In this document: one piece after another, positions 38,510 through 47,653 of the stretch
Numbering within the stretch: position 1 is the stretch's first letter
Layout: every line of letters begins with the position of its first letter
DNA from: Planctomycetota bacterium
GTDB taxonomy: Bacteria > Planctomycetota > UBA1135 > UBA2386
NCBI GenBank assembly: GCA_947501605.1
Contig: CANMWZ010000008.1
Span: forward strand, 61,255 to 125,254
Length of the DNA stretch: 64,000 bases
Reading direction: 5' to 3'
The notes under the pieces: generated by a model
The model's input: the letters and a program-made list of their open reading frames with translations, nothing else
Database searches by the model: none
What the model was told of the DNA's origin: nothing
Made by a program: the position numbers and the translations under genes

Positions 38510-39469
38510 ATGCGGATGATGACGCGCCTCGCCGCAGCCCTCACTGTGCTCCTAGCTGGTTGCACATTCGTCGATGCTCCCACCTACCCTCGCCCACCAC
38601 TGCCGATGCCAGCGTGGGCGCGCGCCACGTTCGACCTGCCTGGTCCGGTGGAGTTGATTCGCCTGGAGCCAATGCCGGGGACCCATGGGCTCTCCGGAGA
38701 TCTTTCCTGCGGCCCGGAGACCGTGCACTTCCAACTGCATCGTGCGGCCCGCCAGGACGCGCCACTCGTGCTCTTGGTGCCCATCCTCGCCGGCGGGCAG
38801 GAACTGTTGCGCACGATGGCCGCACGCTTCGTCACCCGCGGCTACCACGTTGTGTTCTGTGACCGAGCTGGGCCAGCCCTGAAACCGCCCCAGCGCGGGC
38901 CCGATCTCGAACGCCTCCTTGTGCGTTCGGTGATCCACCAGCGGGCCATGCTGGAATGGCTCGCCAACTGCCGGGAAGTCAGCCCAAAAGCGACCTTCGC
39001 CTGTGGCATCTCGATGGGCGGCATCGTCACGACGCTTCTCACTGCCGTCGAGCCCGGTCTCGCCGGCTCAGCCATGTGCCTCGCCGGGGCGGATCTCGCG
39101 TCGATCATGGTCGATAGCAATGAACCGAGGATCCTGAAGTGGCGCGAGTGGCGCCGGGATGTCGACGGCCTTGCTGGCACACCGCTGTTCCAGGAACTCC
39201 GAGCGAGCCTGCATTCCGATCCGCTTCGCTATGCGCCGTACGTCGCCACCGACCGGGTCTTCCTGGTCGCGACCTCGTTCGACGATGTCGTCCGACCGGC
39301 CCACCAGGACCTGCTGTGGGAAGCTCTCGGCCGACCCGAGCGACTGTCGATTCCGCTCGGGCACTACACCGCCGCTCTGGCCCTCGATCCATTGGTGAGC
39401 TCGATGGCCGACTTCTTTGACGGCCGTTGCCGGGTAGCTGCGGCCGCGGCGGCCCCCGCCGGCCACTGA
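38510..39469 (+). CDS. Alpha/beta hydrolase lipoprotein
   Basis: LLAGC lipobox; GISMGG nucleophile elbow; FDDVV (Asp); GHY (His). Confidence 0.85.
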   Translation: MRMMTRLAAALTVLLAGCTFVDAPTYPRPPLPMPAWARATFDLPGPVELIRLEPMPGTHGLSGDLSCGPETVHFQLHRAARQDAPLVLLVPILAGGQELLRTMAARFVTRGYHVVFCDRAGPALKPPQRGPDLERLLVRSVIHQRAMLEWLANCREVSPKATFACGISMGGIVTTLLTAVEPGLAGSAMCLAGADLASIMVDSNEPRILKWREWRRDVDGLAGTPLFQELRASLHSDPLRYAPYVATDRVFLVATSFDDVVRPAHQDLLWEALGRPERLSIPLGHYTAALALDPLVSSMADFFDGRCRVAAAAAAPAGH

Positions 39470-39593
39470 ACGCTGCAGGCGCGGGGGACACCACCCGAGT
39501 GCGATCCCAGATAGGGAGGCTTCGCAGACCCTTGCACGTTCTGGCCACCCCCCCTTTCATTCCTCACCCGGTTCCCGTTCCATCCACACTTCC

Positions 39594-40670
39594 ATGGTCC
39601 TTCGCCCCCTACTCCTGCGAACGCTCTCCGCGGCCGCGCTCCTCTCCGCACTCTCTTCGACCTTGCTGGCCCAAATCCCGGGCGGCTCGCCATTGGGTGG
39701 CCAAAATCCTGTCGTGCCGATGGCACCAGCGCGCACAGCAGCCGAGCGGCTCGATGACCTGAAGCGCGACATCGAGCGCTTGAAGAGCGAGATCCAGTTC
39801 ATCGAGCAGCGGGCAGCACTGGGAGTCCAGCCTCTTCGCGACCGCCTGCAGAAGCGCTCCTTCGACGCGCGCCGGATCGATGCCGGAACGAGCGCAACGG
39901 CCACCGTCACCCCGCCGCAGCCAGCGCAGCCACAGCCCGCTCGGCGCATGACCAATGACGAGCTGAAGAGCCTTCCCGAAGATGTGCTGTTGGTGGTGCA
40001 AGGCCGCCCGGTTCGCCGCAGCGACCTCCAACCCGTGCTGGAGTATCTGGCAACTGTGCCAGCTGCCGGTGACGAATCGTCTCGCCAGCAACGCGCGGTC
40101 CTCGAAGTGATCCGTCTCGAAGCCGTGCTCGCCGCGTTTGAAGAGTCGCGCCTGGAGGCCGAGAGTCAGATTGGGGATGCGGTGAAAGAGCTCGCCGACG
40201 GCAAGACCTTTGCCGAAGTCCAGAACCGCTATGGTCGCGGCCCGAACATCGCGCAGGAAGGCAAGGTCCAGATCACCCGCTTCTCGCCCTTCGGCTTGGA
40301 GATCGAGCGCACCGCGTTCACGACTCCCGCAGGCAGGGTGTCGGAACCGATTCGCGGCGCCACTGGCTATGCGATCGTCGCGGTCGACAAGATCCAGAAG
40401 TCGGACCAGGATGCTGGGGACCTCGCTGAGGTTCGCCTGTTGTTCATCCCCTACAACAGCGACCCAGGTGACATGGACAAGGTCCGCAACATGGCCATGA
40501 CCGGCCAGATCGATCTCGTCGTTCGCGACGATGCCGCGTTGCTGATGCTACCGCCCTCGCTGCGTCCTATGGTCCCGGCGGCGAGCCCCAAGTTGGACGG
40601 CCGCGAGCTGAAGGCCGAGACCCTCGTCACTCCGGAAGCGCCGACGAAGAAGGCCGACGGCGGCAAGTAA
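39594..40670 (+). CDS. Exported parvulin/SurA-like peptidylprolyl isomerase or chaperone with coiled coil
   Basis: Signal peptide; coiled coil (LDDLKRDIERLKSEI); GKTFAEV, TAFTTPAGRVSEPI..GYAIV. Confidence 0.65.
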   Translation: MVLRPLLLRTLSAAALLSALSSTLLAQIPGGSPLGGQNPVVPMAPARTAAERLDDLKRDIERLKSEIQFIEQRAALGVQPLRDRLQKRSFDARRIDAGTSATATVTPPQPAQPQPARRMTNDELKSLPEDVLLVVQGRPVRRSDLQPVLEYLATVPAAGDESSRQQRAVLEVIRLEAVLAAFEESRLEAESQIGDAVKELADGKTFAEVQNRYGRGPNIAQEGKVQITRFSPFGLEIERTAFTTPAGRVSEPIRGATGYAIVAVDKIQKSDQDAGDLAEVRLLFIPYNSDPGDMDKVRNMAMTGQIDLVVRDDAALLMLPPSLRPMVPAASPKLDGRELKAETLVTPEAPTKKADGGK

Positions 40671-40687
40671 CCCCGCCTCTGAACCTC

Positions 40688-40769
40688 GCGGGTCAACCCC
40701 TGACCCGCCGCCCACCAAGTCCGATGGTTTGGATCCACTCGGTTCCAAATCCCTGCACAAATCCCTGCA
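40688..40769. promoter_or_regulatory. 8-bp inverted repeat plus perfect 12-nt direct repeat upstream of the RdgC-like pair
   Basis: gcgggtca-acccc-tgacccgc (40688-40708); caaatccctgca x2 (40746-40769); function unknown. Confidence 0.45.
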
Positions 40770-40799
40770 ACTGAGCACCGCACCCTAGGGAGGGTCCCC

Positions 40800-41459
40800 A
40801 TGCCGAGCATCCGCCGCAGTGGCGGCGCCGTCGCGTTCTTCTGGCAAGGCAAAATGCTGGATCCCCGCGACGAAGCCTTTGCCGCAGCCCTGCAACAGCG
40901 TCGTTTCCGCACCATCCAGGACGCTGCTAGCGAAGAAGTCTCGACCGGCTGGGTAACTGCGGTCGACCCAACTGGCGACAGCTTCGCGATCGAGGACCTC
41001 GACGCCGGCTTGGCCACGTGGCTGCGCATGCGCATCGACAAGAAGCAGTTGCCGCGCAAGTGGCTGCAGATCCACCGCGACGTCGCCGAAAAGGCAAAGG
41101 GCAAGAAGCTGTCCGCGAAGGAGCGGCGGGAGCTCAAGGACGACTTGATGGACAAGCTGCTGCCGCGCGTGCTGCCGACCATCAACATGGTGGACGCGCT
41201 GCTCTACCACGACCGCCGGACCTTGATCCTGCTGAACACCAGCAAGTCCGTCGGCGAGTCGTTCCATCAGCTCTTCTTCCAGACGTTCCAGATGCCGCTG
41301 GAGAAGTCCGATCCGCTGCAGCTTGGATTCCAAGCCGGCCTCGACCCGGAGACGATGCACAAGCTGCAACGCGCGGAACCGATCCGGTGGCCAAAGTCAG
41401 AACCCTCCGACGAGCCGCGCCGCCGAACCACACTCGCGGAACAGGAGCAACACGCGTGA
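40800..41459 (+). CDS. RdgC-like protein, N-terminal half
   Basis: EVSTGWV, LRMRIDKKQLP, GKKLSAKERRELKDDL..KLLPRVLP, TSK..E.F..LF..TF, recognisable as RdgC segments. Confidence 0.75.
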   Translation: MPSIRRSGGAVAFFWQGKMLDPRDEAFAAALQQRRFRTIQDAASEEVSTGWVTAVDPTGDSFAIEDLDAGLATWLRMRIDKKQLPRKWLQIHRDVAEKAKGKKLSAKERRELKDDLMDKLLPRVLPTINMVDALLYHDRRTLILLNTSKSVGESFHQLFFQTFQMPLEKSDPLQLGFQAGLDPETMHKLQRAEPIRWPKSEPSDEPRRRTTLAEQEQHA

Positions 41460-41986
41460 AGCACGAACCGAAGACCGCGCCAAGCGGCGCGGAGACGCAT
41501 GGCTTCCTCGGCGAAGAGTTCCTCACCTGGATCTGGTTCCGCTGGGAGACCGAAGGTGGGGAGTTCCATCTGCCAGGCGGCCGCGTGGTAGGCGTGGCAC
41601 TCGACGACTTTCTGACCTTCTCCGCGCCGAGCGACGACGACACCGAGCAGACCTTGCGCCACGGCCTTCCGACCCGGACCGAAGAAGCGCGCACCGCCCT
41701 GCGTCAAGGGCGGCGACTGCGCCGCGCGCGCATGATCGTCGCGGAAGGTCCCCGCCAATGGTCCGTGACCGTCGACGGAGCGTCGCTGCGGCTCTCGGGC
41801 GCGAAGATGCCCGAGGATGCCGAGGAATGTGAATCCGAGAACGACCGCACTGCCGACCGCACCGCCAACTGGCTGGCGCTGCACGAACTGGTGCAGAGCC
41901 TCTACGGCATGTTCCTCCGCGAGCGCTTGGCTGACGGCTACCTGAAATCTGCCGGCGAGAAGCAGGCGCACTGGATGCAGCAGTGA
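41456..41986 (+). CDS. RdgC-like protein, C-terminal half (separate gene)
   Basis: GTG start overlaps the upstream TGA; FLGEEFLTWIWF, EARTALRQGR, resembling the RdgC second half. Confidence 0.7.
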   Translation: MKHEPKTAPSGAETHGFLGEEFLTWIWFRWETEGGEFHLPGGRVVGVALDDFLTFSAPSDDDTEQTLRHGLPTRTEEARTALRQGRRLRRARMIVAEGPRQWSVTVDGASLRLSGAKMPEDAEECESENDRTADRTANWLALHELVQSLYGMFLRERLADGYLKSAGEKQAHWMQQ

Positions 41987-42070
41987 ACCGCAGGGATTGA
42001 CCACCGCGTTCTTTGGCGACCTAGCACTCGCCCATGGCGCCGCGGCCACCGCGGTGCGACACGGACTTGC

Positions 42071-42703
42071 TCAGTCCTCGGTATGCACCAGCGGGACGCG
42101 TAGCACTTCGGCACCGCGTTCTTGCCAGTGCCGCGTCAGCTGTGCGGCCGCCTCGTGCACACGTTGTGGTCCGCCCCGGTCCACGCCCCAGAGCACCGCC
42201 AGCACGCGCGTTGTCTCGGGTCGAGTTTTGGTGCGCTGCGCATCCTTCACCGCGTTGGCGCAGGGGCCGTCGGCATCCCCTAGACAGATGAGCCCACCGA
42301 CTTCGATTTCCTGGCCGCCGTGGTTGAACACGTAACGCGTTTCCGGTGCCGCGGTCCGAATCGACAGCTCTCCGTGGACCAGATCAAAGTCCACGACACT
42401 GATTGGCAAACCCGTTTCGAGCGAGACGAGGTTGCCGGCGTCGACCGCCGCGTTGATGCACGGCCATCGTCCGTCCGCAAGCGCCGCCGCCAGATACTCA
42501 GAGGACGGTTTGCCCCGCCCGGTCGGTTTGTAGCCGCGCTGACGCAACACGTCGCGCACAGTCGTCCGCAGATCGACATCCGGCTCGGGCGCCGAAGTCG
42601 GTGGCTGCAGGTGCGGCAGTTCGCGCAAAGGGGAAGGAAATGAGCCGCGAAGGATGGCGACGCAGAGTCCAGGCAATGCCTCTACCAACACCGGCTCGTT
42701 CAT
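42071..42703 (-). CDS. Stand-alone B3/4 (PheRS beta editing-like) domain protein
   Basis: GYKPTGRGKPSSEYL, INAAVDAGNLVSL..GLPISVVD.D, GPCAN.VKD. Confidence 0.85.
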   Translation of the reverse strand: MNEPVLVEALPGLCVAILRGSFPSPLRELPHLQPPTSAPEPDVDLRTTVRDVLRQRGYKPTGRGKPSSEYLAAALADGRWPCINAAVDAGNLVSLETGLPISVVDFDLVHGELSIRTAAPETRYVFNHGGQEIEVGGLICLGDADGPCANAVKDAQRTKTRPETTRVLAVLWGVDRGGPQRVHEAAAQLTRHWQERGAEVLRVPLVHTED

Positions 42704-43356
42704 CGCGTCATTGCCGGTAGACGAGCCAAAGCCGAACGGTGGAGTCCGGCCGCCAACTCTCTCTCACTTGCGAACGACTCCCCGCGCGTGCCACCAATCT
42801 CGACAGGCGGCGGTTCCTCGGTCCACGTTCTCGCTTGCGTCGGTGATTCTTGCGCTCGGCTCCAATGCCCTTGCAGTCGGTGCCGCCAAATCTCGGCGCC
42901 AGTTGCAGCCTCGATCATGCGCCAGGTGACGTCCCAGTCGGCGTTCCTGAGGCGCGAGTCCTGTTGCACACGCCAGTCCGAGACCTCGAGGAGCAGGACC
43001 GCGTCGATGCCCGCCTGATGTTGGAGTCGGCGCAGCACGTCGACTTCTGGCTCATCCGGTCGGCTGGCGCCAAAGCGACGCCAAAGGTCGAATCCGGCGC
43101 CAAGCGGCAAGGACCGGTAACCGCGCGACTGCAGCGCTCGGTCCGCGCCATAGGCGAAGAAGCGCAGGTCGACGCTGTCCCCAGTGCCAAGCGCGCGCGG
43201 AGGCAACACCAACACGGCCGTAGGAGGAGGTCCGGAAAACGGCGTCGTCGCAACTCTCGCGGAGCCGCAGGCGGCCAACACGAGGCTCAGCGCAGCACGC
43301 GACAGCACGCCCACGCGCCCTGCTCGCGCCGCTTCGGACCGCTCCGCGCTCGTCAC
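42700..43356 (-). CDS. Lipoprotein (GNA1162/DUF799-like)
   Basis: VLAAC lipobox, VLVLPP, L.SRGY, GIDAVL, TGAEIW. Confidence 0.6.
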   Translation of the reverse strand: MTSAERSEAARAGRVGVLSRAALSLVLAACGSARVATTPFSGPPPTAVLVLPPRALGTGDSVDLRFFAYGADRALQSRGYRSLPLGAGFDLWRRFGASRPDEPEVDVLRRLQHQAGIDAVLLLEVSDWRVQQDSRLRNADWDVTWRMIEAATGAEIWRHRLQGHWSRAQESPTQARTWTEEPPPVEIGGTRGESFASERELAAGLHRSALARLPAMTR

Positions 43357-43853
43357 TCCATCTCCATCAACAAGGCGCCGCCGGCAACCGCCTCACCGGT
43401 CTTCACCAGCACACGCGTGATCGTGCCCGCGGACTCGGAGCCGAGCGGGTTCTGCATCTTCATCGCCTCGAGCACAACGAGCGTCTGTCCTTCCTCCACC
43501 ACATCGCCGACCGCGGCCTTGATCGCGACGACGATGCCGGGCATCGCGGCCCGCAGTTCGCGCTTGCCAGAACTCTTGTGCCCCGCCGCCGCATGCGCCG
43601 CGCGCTCGCGATCGTCCTCGACATGCACCACGAAGCGTTCGCCAACCATTTGCAACGCCACCTTCTCGCGTTGCACATCGGCCAGAACATCGTAGCTCCG
43701 GCCATCGACCAGCATCGAGAACAGGGCTCCATCGCCAACCAGCGACAGGTCCATCTCATAGCTGCGATCGCCACTGGTACAGAGGAGCCGGTTGTCTCGG
43801 CGCACAAACGTGTAGTCGCGCTCTTGACCCTCAAACTTGCAGTAGTACTTCAT
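43353..43853 (-). CDS. Biotin carboxyl carrier protein of an acyl-CoA carboxylase
   Basis: AAMPG...LEAMKMQN biotinylation motif. Confidence 0.93.
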   Translation of the reverse strand: MKYYCKFEGQERDYTFVRRDNRLLCTSGDRSYEMDLSLVGDGALFSMLVDGRSYDVLADVQREKVALQMVGERFVVHVEDDRERAAHAAAGHKSSGKRELRAAMPGIVVAIKAAVGDVVEEGQTLVVLEAMKMQNPLGSESAGTITRVLVKTGEAVAGGALLMEME

Positions 43854-45349
43854 CGGATTGGTCTCCGCAGACGTTCGGCGCGGCCCAGGAGAGCCCAGCG
43901 AGGGGCACTCGCCGCGTGCGCCGCGGAACTGGCGGCCACTTCGGCGCCAGCTCGTTCGGCACCAAGGAAGCGCGCGGCGGCGGCGGCGAGCATCGCCAAC
44001 TCAACGCGTTCGGGCGACGGCCCTTTGGCAATGCGCTCGAGAATTCCGGTGTCGTAGTCGCCAGAAAGGAACTCAGGGCTTCGGATCGTGCGCAGCGCGA
44101 CCGACGCCGAGGTCGCGACGCCGACGATGCGCAGTTCGCGCAGAGCTCGCTCCATGCGAGCGATTGCTTGCGGGCGATCGGCCGCGTGGACGATCAGCTT
44201 GCCGAGCATCGAGTCGTAGTACGGAGTCACTTCGAGGCCGCGATACATCGCCGAATCGAGGCGCACGCCCGGCCCACCGGGCACGTTCAGTCGCGAGATC
44301 CTGCCGAGACTCGGGAAGAAGGTCTGCGGGTCCTCGGCGTTGATGCGAACCTCGATCGAGTGGCCGCGCGGTTCGGCAACCGGCTCGAGCTTCAGGCCGG
44401 CTCCGACGCGGATCTGTTCGCGTACCAAGTCGACACCAAATCGCATTTCGGTGACCGGGTGCTCCACCTGCAAGCGCGTGTTCATCTCGAGGAAGTAGAA
44501 CTTGCCCTCGGACCACAAGAACTCGACGGTGCCCGCACCGACGTAACCGACAGTACGAGCGAGGTCGCAGGCGGCCTTGCCCATCTGGGCGCGCAACTCC
44601 GGGGTGAGCACGGCACAAGGCGACTCCTCGATCAGCTTCTGGTGGCGGCGCTGCACGGAACACTCACGTTCGCCGTAGAAGACCACGTTGCCGTGCTTGT
44701 CGGCCATGACCTGGATCTCGACGTGCCGCGGCCTCGTGACGAACTTCTCGAGGTAGATGCGGTCGTCGCCAAACGCACTGCGCGCTTCGGCACTCGCCAA
44801 CTGGAACGCTTCCGTCAGACCCTTCTCGTCGCGGACTATGCGGATGCCTTTGCCACCGCCGCCCGCCGCCGCCTTCAGCATCACCGGGTAGCCGATCTGC
44901 TTGGCCGCTGCGGCGAGCCGACTCTCGCTGATGTCCTCTTGCAGACCAGGCACCAATGGCACCCCGGCCTTGTCCGCGATCTTGCGCGCTTCGACCTTGT
45001 CACCCATCGACAAGATCGCGTTGGGTGGCGGTCCGAGGAACTCCACGCCCGCATCCTTGCAGGCGATGGCAAAGTCCTCGTTCTCGCTCAGAAACCCGTA
45101 GCCTGGATGCACGGCATCCGCGCCAGACTTCTTGCAGGCATCCATGATCTTGCCGATATCGAGGTAACTCTCGCTCGGCTTGTTGCCCCCAAGATGCACA
45201 GCATGCGATGCGCGGCGCACGTGCTGCGCGTTGCGGTCGGCATCGCTGAAGACCGCAACCGTCTCGATGCCCATCTCCTGGGCCGTACGGATCACGCGGA
45301 GCGCGATCTCGCCGCGATTGGCGATCAGAATACGTCGGAACATCGGCAT
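43850..45349 (-). CDS. Biotin carboxylase subunit (propionyl/acetyl-CoA carboxylase)
   Basis: IANRGEIA, HPGYGFLSEN, GGGGKG, RECSVQRRHQK, EMNTRLQVEH, RINAED, YDSM. Confidence 0.96.
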   Translation of the reverse strand: MPMFRRILIANRGEIALRVIRTAQEMGIETVAVFSDADRNAQHVRRASHAVHLGGNKPSESYLDIGKIMDACKKSGADAVHPGYGFLSENEDFAIACKDAGVEFLGPPPNAILSMGDKVEARKIADKAGVPLVPGLQEDISESRLAAAAKQIGYPVMLKAAAGGGGKGIRIVRDEKGLTEAFQLASAEARSAFGDDRIYLEKFVTRPRHVEIQVMADKHGNVVFYGERECSVQRRHQKLIEESPCAVLTPELRAQMGKAACDLARTVGYVGAGTVEFLWSEGKFYFLEMNTRLQVEHPVTEMRFGVDLVREQIRVGAGLKLEPVAEPRGHSIEVRINAEDPQTFFPSLGRISRLNVPGGPGVRLDSAMYRGLEVTPYYDSMLGKLIVHAADRPQAIARMERALRELRIVGVATSASVALRTIRSPEFLSGDYDTGILERIAKGPSPERVELAMLAAAAARFLGAERAGAEVAASSAAHAASAPRWALLGRAERLRRPIR

Positions 45350-45440
45350 GAGGCGGCAGAGGCTAGCAGCAAGCAGGGGCATTGCCAAACGCTCCGCCAC
45401 GCGCTGGCGATCGCAGCTCAGGCTCGTATCCTCGACGGCA

Positions 45441-46025
45441 ATGCGCCGCCGGTCCGTCGTCCTGCTGGAGCTGCTCGTGCTCGCAGCATTGCTGGCCTGG
45501 GCCGCCATCGCCGGAGTCGAAGCACTGTCCGGCCATCCCTCCGAGGGGATTGATCTGAAGGTGCAACTCGATGGCGCCGAGGACCGCGCGTTGCTCGTCG
45601 AACGCGACGATGGCACCTTCCACTATCGCATCCGCGCCAACAGCGGCGAAGAACAGTGGCTGACGCCGGACGCATTCGCGCGCCGACTGCACCATGACCA
45701 ACGATCGCGCGGGCCATGGCAGGTGCTGCTCAACGTGTCGTCGCCAGCAGGCTTTGCCTGGGTCTTCCTCGGTCTCCTCGGTCAGGTACTGTTCACGGGG
45801 CGCATGCTCGTGCAGTGGCTCGTCAGCGAACGCGCACAACGCTCCGTAGTCCCGTTGGCGTTCTGGTGGATGAGCCTGATCGGCGCCTCGATGCTGCTGG
45901 TCTACTTCATCTGGCGCAGGGAGCCCATCGGCGTCCTGGGTCAGGCGACGGGCTGGTTCATCTACGTGCGCAACTTGAGGATGCTCCACCGCAGCAAGTT
46001 GCCTGCTCCAGAACGCGCCGCGTAG
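45441..46025 (+). CDS. Lipid-A-disaccharide synthase N-terminal (LAB_N) domain membrane protein
   Basis: GLLGQVLFTGRMLVQW..SE...SVVP.AFWWMSL.G...Y...EPI...GQ...IYVRNL. Confidence 0.88.
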   Translation: MRRRSVVLLELLVLAALLAWAAIAGVEALSGHPSEGIDLKVQLDGAEDRALLVERDDGTFHYRIRANSGEEQWLTPDAFARRLHHDQRSRGPWQVLLNVSSPAGFAWVFLGLLGQVLFTGRMLVQWLVSERAQRSVVPLAFWWMSLIGASMLLVYFIWRREPIGVLGQATGWFIYVRNLRMLHRSKLPAPERAA

Positions 46026-46234
46026 AGAGCTCGCAGGGAACACCGCGGATGCGGGGTAGGAAGAAGTCCGCTGGTGAGGCGCCCCCGTGAACGAAAACGA
46101 CGGCAGCCGTGCACACCGTGCGTGATGGCGCATCCAGCTTCGGAACTGCGGCGAAACGCGCGGCACCCCCCCGGACGCAGACGCACTGCTCAACGAGCAG
46201 GACCATCCCACCCAAGACCCAATCTGCTCCTGTC

Positions 46235-47575
46235 ATGAAGTTCACGTTCCTCTTCGCACCGGTGATCGGCAGTGCACTGCTGTTGTCCTCTTGCTCCAAC
46301 GGCAACGACGGCACGGGCTCCGCTGGCGCTTCGACCACCATCACGGCATCGCTGCAGACCCTCGGTCTCAGCACTCTCGCGGCTGCTGTGGACGCCGCAG
46401 ACCTGGAAGGCACCCTTGCCGGAACTGGCCCGTTCACCTTGTTCGCGCCGTCCAACGCAGCGTTCGCTGCGCTTCCACAGGGAACGCTCGACAGTCTCTT
46501 GCTGCCGCAAAACCGGCAGCAACTCATCGACCTCCTGCGCTACCACCTGCTCTCGGGGGAGTTCAACTCCACGGTCGCCAGCACGTTGTCATCAGCCAAC
46601 ACCGTGAATGGCGCGCCCATCACGATCGATGCCGTCGGCAGCAACCTGTTCATCAACAACGCGCGAGTCACCCTGGCGGATCGCGATGCCACCAATGGCG
46701 TGATTCACATCGTTGACCGCGTACTGACCCAACCACAGAGCCTGGTGAGCACACTGCAAGGTCGAGGCTTCAGCACCCTTGTGACTGCCGTCGGCGCTGC
46801 CAATCTCGCCACCACGTTGTCTGGGCCTGGCCCGTTCACCGTGCTGGCGCCGACCAATGCGGCATTCGCAGCTCTTGGACAAGCGACCCTCGACAGCTTG
46901 TTGCTGCCTGCGAACCAAGTCCAGCTCGCCAACATCCTGACCTACCACGTGGTGCCAGGGCGAGTCACGGCCAGCGATGCCGTCGAAGCGGAGCTCGCGG
47001 CTTCGGTTCAGGGTCAGAACGTCTTGTTCTCCCTGACCAACGGGCAGGCTCGCGTCAACGGTGTAGCCATCTCGCAAATCAACCTCCCGTGCACCAACGG
47101 CGTGATCCACGTTCTCGACGCGGTGCTCTCGGTCCCCAGCACCATTGCCGCTACCGCGCAGAGCCAAGGATTCTCGACGCTCGTCGCTGCGCTCGACGCC
47201 GCGCAACTCACCGCCACCTTCGCCGATGCTGCCACTGGTCCGTTCACGGTCTTTGCACCGACCAACGCCGCCTTTGCAGCCCTGCCGGCGGGCCTACTGA
47301 CCCAACTGTTGCAGCCGATCAACCGCCCCGTCCTGCAACAGGTCCTGCGTTTCCACGTCGTCACACAACCGCTGACGGCGGCCGATGTCGCCCTGCGTGT
47401 TGGCCAAGGCATTGTGACGTTGCAAGGTGCGTCCATCCCGGTCACCCAGTCCGCCAACGGCCCGCTGCTCGGTGGCTTCCGCGTACTGACCGCCAATGTG
47501 CTCGCCAGCAACGGAGTCGTGCACGCCATCGACGGCGTCTTGGTTCCGCCTGGCGTCCTCGTACAACTGCAGTGA
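46235..47575 (+). CDS. Fasciclin (FAS1) x3 lipoprotein
   Basis: LLSSC lipobox; three GPFT(L/V)xAP(S/T)NAAF ... NGV(I/V)H..D.VL repeats. Confidence 0.93.
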   Translation: MKFTFLFAPVIGSALLLSSCSNGNDGTGSAGASTTITASLQTLGLSTLAAAVDAADLEGTLAGTGPFTLFAPSNAAFAALPQGTLDSLLLPQNRQQLIDLLRYHLLSGEFNSTVASTLSSANTVNGAPITIDAVGSNLFINNARVTLADRDATNGVIHIVDRVLTQPQSLVSTLQGRGFSTLVTAVGAANLATTLSGPGPFTVLAPTNAAFAALGQATLDSLLLPANQVQLANILTYHVVPGRVTASDAVEAELAASVQGQNVLFSLTNGQARVNGVAISQINLPCTNGVIHVLDAVLSVPSTIAATAQSQGFSTLVAALDAAQLTATFADAATGPFTVFAPTNAAFAALPAGLLTQLLQPINRPVLQQVLRFHVVTQPLTAADVALRVGQGIVTLQGASIPVTQSANGPLLGGFRVLTANVLASNGVVHAIDGVLVPPGVLVQLQ

Positions 47576-47653
47576 GCCTGCAGCTCCAGATCTGGCCGGT
47601 TGGTCACAATGCGGACACTGGCGCGCGCCGCGCCGGCCGTTAGAACGAGGACC

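Noticed and set aside
41018..41455. N-terminal extension of the 41018..41986 ORF
   Set aside because: Overlaps the RdgC N-half gene in another frame; the GTG at 41456 coupled to the upstream stop is the more plausible start
43916..45553. 545-aa plus-strand ORF
   Set aside because: Antisense shadow of the biotin carboxylase gene
46380..47560. Repeated DNA segments suggesting a mobile or repeat element
   Set aside because: Explained by three in-frame fasciclin domains
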